Virus record (IMG/VR): IMGVR_UViG_3300009174_000002
Location: 1 to 64,000 of that record
Direction: 5' to 3' (one strand)
DNA from: a virus
DNA length: 64,000 bases
Position numbers and translations under genes: made by a program. Numbering within the stretch: position 1 is the stretch's first letter; each line of letters starts with the position of its first letter. The notes beneath the pieces were generated by a model. It saw only the letters and a program-made list of their open reading frames with translations, did no database searches and was not told where the DNA came from. Shown piece after piece: positions 60,236 to 64,000 of this stretch.

Positions 60236-61969
60236 TTATGAGTTATTTACAAGAGCGGGTTGGTAAACTTGGAAAGTTTCAATTCCCTTCATAATAACTA
60301 GGCAATAGAACCTGTTATTCAACATCTTAGTTCCAAAACGGCTAGAAATCATCTTTCTAGGATTGAAGTCTTGGTCTTCAATAACTGTTGGTGATAAGAT
60401 ATATTCAATGTAAGGACAATAAACATATCCAGTATCAAAGAAAGAACTTCCCTTTCTACCTACAAGGCAAATTTCAGAAGGGATAAAAGGATCCACATAA
60501 ACCTGATACTTACTTTGAAGTGTACCAATTTTTTCAACACCTAAAGTAAACTTGGTTCCCATTTCGTCACCATCATAAGCCTTAAATGTATCAAGGTTAA
60601 CTAACTTAGCTGCACCTTCTGCAGAAATCAATACCCAGTTAGCACCACCTTGACGTGTTGATTTTTGAATTTTAGCATTAGCTCTATTGATAGCCAAAAC
60701 TAAACCTTGGTTATAGTCGGCTTCAATACCTCTAAATACTGTGTTTGCTGGATTAGGATCTACTGAATTATAAAAATCAGCGTTCCAAAGTTCAATATGA
60801 CCAGCGAAAGTGATTAACTCTCTAATGATCAATCTATCTTTTTCACCAGCTATTTGTTCAGCTAACAACTGTGATAATTCAGCTTCAGCATCAATAGCAT
60901 AATATGCCATCAAGTCCTGAGCTAATTCAACAGTCCAAGCTGTTTTCATTTTGTGAATCTGAGTTGTAATAGGAATTGATTTAACTTCCATTTTCAATTC
61001 AGAACTAAATGCGGGATTCAACTCTAGGTTTAAATATTGACGGAAACCTAAACGTAAGCTAATAGTTGCGATACCAGATTTCAAAGGAGAAATTCTGAAT
61101 CTCAATTTGTTATTAACTGCTCCAGGACCACCTGCACGACCAACAGTTGAAGTTGTATTGTTAGGGGCTAAAGCGTTAGCATTTCTATCAGATGACATAA
61201 CATCATCACCATAGTTCATTTGTACTCTTTGGAAGAAGAAATCTACTCCATATACTTTAGCACCAGTAGATTCATAAAGCATAACCGAAGCTGCTTCATC
61301 CATTGTAATTCCACCAATTGAAGAAAGGTCAAATTCAACTACTGCAAATTGAGGATTACCACTACCATCAGTTAATGTAGCTGTTGCTGTTAAAGCTGCT
61401 GCATTGGCTGTATCGTTTTGTCCACCAATTGAAGTATTGTTAAAAGAACCTGCGGTAGCATTCCAACCTCTGGCAATAACCTTACCCTTTGAAATGTCAT
61501 AATTGGCATTATCATAGAATTGGTCATAACCTGTTAAACTTTGGAAAGTATTTCCTGACATATCATCAGCCTGACCACCTGAAAGGTTGTTGGCTAAATA
61601 ATCACTACCAATAGGTTTCTTAGTAGTTGAGACATGGTAATCAAGATAGAAAGCTAAACCGAAAGGATATGACAAAGGTTGTACTGATACTAAATTAGGA
61701 GTAACCATCATCGCATTTTGTCTACGAATCATAGGTATCGCAATTGTATCAAATACTGCCATATCAGCTGTAGAGTTATTTTCTTTCAAAATTTGTCTTT
61801 TTTGATTCTCCATCAAAACAGCCATATTTGCCATATCTCTACCTTTCAATTTATATAGATAGCCAGTGCCTTTCCATGCTTCTACAAGCACCTGGCGCTT
61901 CGCTCTCTCATCATGTTCCATCAATCTTCCTAGATTTTTTTCTTCTAGGTTTTCCTTAATGAATTTCAT
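60236..61969 (-). CDS. Major capsid protein (T4 gp23-like)
   Basis: LMENQ, IPMIRR..LVSVQPL, WTVELAQDL..IDAEAEL, GYVYCPY and DFNPRK motifs. Confidence 0.95.
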   Translation of the reverse strand: MKFIKENLEEKNLGRLMEHDERAKRQVLVEAWKGTGYLYKLKGRDMANMAVLMENQKRQILKENNSTADMAVFDTIAIPMIRRQNAMMVTPNLVSVQPLSYPFGLAFYLDYHVSTTKKPIGSDYLANNLSGGQADDMSGNTFQSLTGYDQFYDNANYDISKGKVIARGWNATAGSFNNTSIGGQNDTANAAALTATATLTDGSGNPQFAVVEFDLSSIGGITMDEAASVMLYESTGAKVYGVDFFFQRVQMNYGDDVMSSDRNANALAPNNTTSTVGRAGGPGAVNNKLRFRISPLKSGIATISLRLGFRQYLNLELNPAFSSELKMEVKSIPITTQIHKMKTAWTVELAQDLMAYYAIDAEAELSQLLAEQIAGEKDRLIIRELITFAGHIELWNADFYNSVDPNPANTVFRGIEADYNQGLVLAINRANAKIQKSTRQGGANWVLISAEGAAKLVNLDTFKAYDGDEMGTKFTLGVEKIGTLQSKYQVYVDPFIPSEICLVGRKGSSFFDTGYVYCPYIEYILSPTVIEDQDFNPRKMISSRFGTKMLNNRFYCLVIMKGIETFQVYQPALVNNS

Positions 61970-62108
61970 TTATTCTTTTTGTTTTTGTTAATCAATGTGT
62001 GTTAAATTTTAAATCTTTAATACTTTTTTTATATATTGTAGTTTTTTCAAAAGTTTAAAAAATTAAATTGATTTAGTAGTTTTTTGAATCATTGTTAGTA
62101 ATAACAGC

Positions 62109-62147
62109 AAAATAGGGAGTAGTTGATTAAACTATACTCCCTATTTC
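62109..62147 (-). terminator. Hairpin between scaffold and capsid genes
   Basis: AAATAGGGAGTA/TACTCCCTATTT inverted repeat. Confidence 0.55.
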
Positions 62148-62157
62148 TAATTAAATT

Positions 62158-63633
62158 TTATTGGAAATAACTATCGTTATATCCCTCAAGACCCATCAAG
62201 AAACGAATTCTAGAATCTTTTTCATTTATTTGTTCTGGTTTATTCGTTTCAAAATTTTCAGATTCTTTCAAACTATTAATAGTTTTTACAGAACTCTTAG
62301 TTCTTTGAACAGTTTCATTTAAAGATTCATGTGCCTGTTCTCTTATAACTTTAACTAATTTCTTATACAAATTATCAATTTTTTGAGGATTTGAACATTT
62401 GTCAAATGATTCAGAAATTTTAAGTCTAGTTTCTTTATCTAATTTATCACCAACGGCAGTTAAAATACCATTAGCTTTGGTAATTTTATAAGCCTCTAAT
62501 TTAAATTTATTCACTTGTTTTTGTAAAAGTGCAATTTGTTTGGAAGCTTCAACCAACATTTTTGATTTTTTAACTTCTTCAGAGATAGCAACTTTTTTCC
62601 CATCACCAGCTCCACCACCAGAAGTAGATGTAACCTTTTTAAATGTAGGTTTAGTTTCAACTTTTTTAGCAGTTTTATTATCGGTTACTCCAGCAAATTT
62701 TGGTTTTGTTTCAATTTTTCTAGATTTATTTTCACCAGAAACTTTTCCAAAACTTTTTTGTAAATCGCTATCTGTTTTCTTAAATTCATCAGGAACGTCT
62801 ACTCCATCATAAGGATCTTCTGTTTCTTTAAGTTTTTTCTTAGTAACAACTTTTTCTGGTTGTTTCTTAACTACTTTTTTAGTTTTAGATTGTTTATTTA
62901 AAGCTTCGTTAATTTCTTGTTCAACTTCAGCTTCTAACATTACTGATTCTTCAATATCATCAAACTCATCATCGCCTTCATCATCAAATTCTAAACCAGC
63001 TTCGTCTTCGCCAAAATCTTCTCCATCTTCAAAACCTTCTTCATACTCTTCTTCGTCACCAAAACTAAAATCTTCATCTCCACCTTCTTCGCCAGCGAGA
63101 TCCCCATCTTCTTCCTGGGCTACCGATGCTAGAGTAGATCCTAATTCATGGTAGGTATCAGGACTATCAATTATATCTTCTAATTCGCCAGCGGTAACTG
63201 GACCATCAAGAGCTTCTTCGCCTTCTTCTTCTTCATGTTGCAAAAGATCAAGTTCAGGCTCTAATAATTCGTCGGTATATTCTTCAAAGGTTTCATCCTC
63301 TGTAGGAGTTAAATCAGCTGTAGGATCCACATATTCATCTTCCCCCTCTAAACCTTCTTCACCTTCAAAATCTCCTTCTCCGCCTAGTTCTTCGCCACCA
63401 CCACCACCAAAATCTTCACCACCTTCGCCTCCGAAATCTTCTCCTCCACCCATTTCTCCACCTTCATCTTCGCCTCCTGCATCTAGGCCTAGATCATCAT
63501 CAAGTGGTTCATCATCAGCTTCGTTCATAAAATGTTCGTAATCTTCTTTCAACCTAGCACGAAGTTTTTTTGTTATTTCACTTTCTTCTTTTTTAGGTTT
63601 TAAAGTAGATCTTTTATTTTTTTCTGTAGCCAT
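62158..63633 (-). CDS. Prohead core/scaffold protein (T4 gp22-like)
   Basis: Immediately upstream of MCP; highly acidic N-half, coiled-coil C-half, many xxE sites. Confidence 0.75.
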   Translation of the reverse strand: MATEKNKRSTLKPKKEESEITKKLRARLKEDYEHFMNEADDEPLDDDLGLDAGGEDEGGEMGGGEDFGGEGGEDFGGGGGEELGGEGDFEGEEGLEGEDEYVDPTADLTPTEDETFEEYTDELLEPELDLLQHEEEEGEEALDGPVTAGELEDIIDSPDTYHELGSTLASVAQEEDGDLAGEEGGDEDFSFGDEEEYEEGFEDGEDFGEDEAGLEFDDEGDDEFDDIEESVMLEAEVEQEINEALNKQSKTKKVVKKQPEKVVTKKKLKETEDPYDGVDVPDEFKKTDSDLQKSFGKVSGENKSRKIETKPKFAGVTDNKTAKKVETKPTFKKVTSTSGGGAGDGKKVAISEEVKKSKMLVEASKQIALLQKQVNKFKLEAYKITKANGILTAVGDKLDKETRLKISESFDKCSNPQKIDNLYKKLVKVIREQAHESLNETVQRTKSSVKTINSLKESENFETNKPEQINEKDSRIRFLMGLEGYNDSYFQ

Positions 63634-63718
63634 TTAATTTTACTTTTTTAATTGAAAGTTTTTTAAAAACACTTCCTATTTGTTTTTTAAATATTGTAGT
63701 ATTTTAAAATAATTAATT

Positions 63719-63982
63719 TTATACAGCAATATTATTTGATAAACTTAATAATTGTTTTTTAACTGAATTTAAAGTTGAAAATAAACCTTTAAAACCATAA
63801 TATAATCTTTTTATCCATTGTCCTAAATTTTCATTTAGTATAGTAACCTTTTTACCAGTTTCTTTTTCAAGTAAAGATTTTAATATTTCTATTTTCTTAC
63901 TTTCTTTTACTTTATCTTTTCCTTTAGATTTATCAATTGATAATTTGCTACTAACTGTTGTTTTAGTAGTAAATTCCTTCAT
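63719..63982 (-). CDS. Small protein with LLEKxxGKKV..LNE leader motif
   Basis: SLLEKETGKKVTILNE. Confidence 0.5.
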   Translation of the reverse strand: MKEFTTKTTVSSKLSIDKSKGKDKVKESKKIEILKSLLEKETGKKVTILNENLGQWIKRLYYGFKGLFSTLNSVKKQLLSLSNNIAV

Positions 63983-64000
63983 TGTCTCATTTACAAATTC

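Larger units (their letters stand above)
12518..63693 (-). promoter_or_regulatory. Dispersed late-promoter motif TATTTAAA (14 sites)
   Basis: Plus-strand tttaaata at 12518, 23578, 30198, 33407, 36131, 36446, 37297, 40675, 43516, 50751, 52419, 55354, 56207 and 63686, each 6-52 nt upstream of a minus-strand ATG. Confidence 0.7.

Noticed and set aside
2623-62812. Other short antisense ORFs in the track (e.g. 2623, 5630, 6860, 16964, 33461, 57025, 62540)
   Set aside because: They lie largely or wholly opposite well-supported genes and have the composition expected of reverse-strand reads.
62940-63540. GC-richer, repetitive stretch in the scaffold gene as foreign DNA or a tandem repeat
   Set aside because: Explained by low-complexity Gly/Glu/Asp coding.
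1-64000. tRNA, rRNA or CRISPR loci; diversity-generating retroelement
   Set aside because: None recognised by eye: intergenic spaces are short, and I saw no reverse transcriptase or TR/VR pair. tRNAscan-SE and Infernal were not run.

Overview
A 64-kb, very AT-rich segment of a large T4-like (jumbo) myophage, most likely infecting Bacteroidota. The host call rests on a Bacteroidetes-type ECF sigma factor, TAnnTTT(A/G)-type promoters, A-rich leaders without Shine-Dalgarno, and Bacteroidetes-style signal peptides. Two plus-strand early/accessory blocks (457-7370 and 56372-60142) flank a long minus-strand morphogenesis region. That region encodes major capsid protein, scaffold, tail sheath, tail tube, a portal with two mini-inteins, baseplate and fibre proteins, holin candidates and several free-standing endonucleases. 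The most striking unexplained structure is a dispersed family of about 18 genes with a modular layout: an N-terminal leader ending in a prohead-protease-type site (MNLINKILxE), a conserved acidic-NLFKPRRIEDR tag (about 20 copies), and a shuffled payload domain. About 10 further genes carry a leader without the tag, and the wider leader-bearing set includes ADP-ribosyltransferase-, kinase-, GNAT-, ParB- and KTSC-like domains. I interpret this as a candidate capsid-loaded, protease-matured effector cargo system. Other highlights: two tailspike-like proteins with Sec signal peptides, a GC-rich swapped receptor-binding cassette, a GIY-YIG endonuclease that duplicated the start of its target gene, and three reading-frame lesions that may be assembly errors. 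All calls come from reading motifs by eye; no database searches were run.
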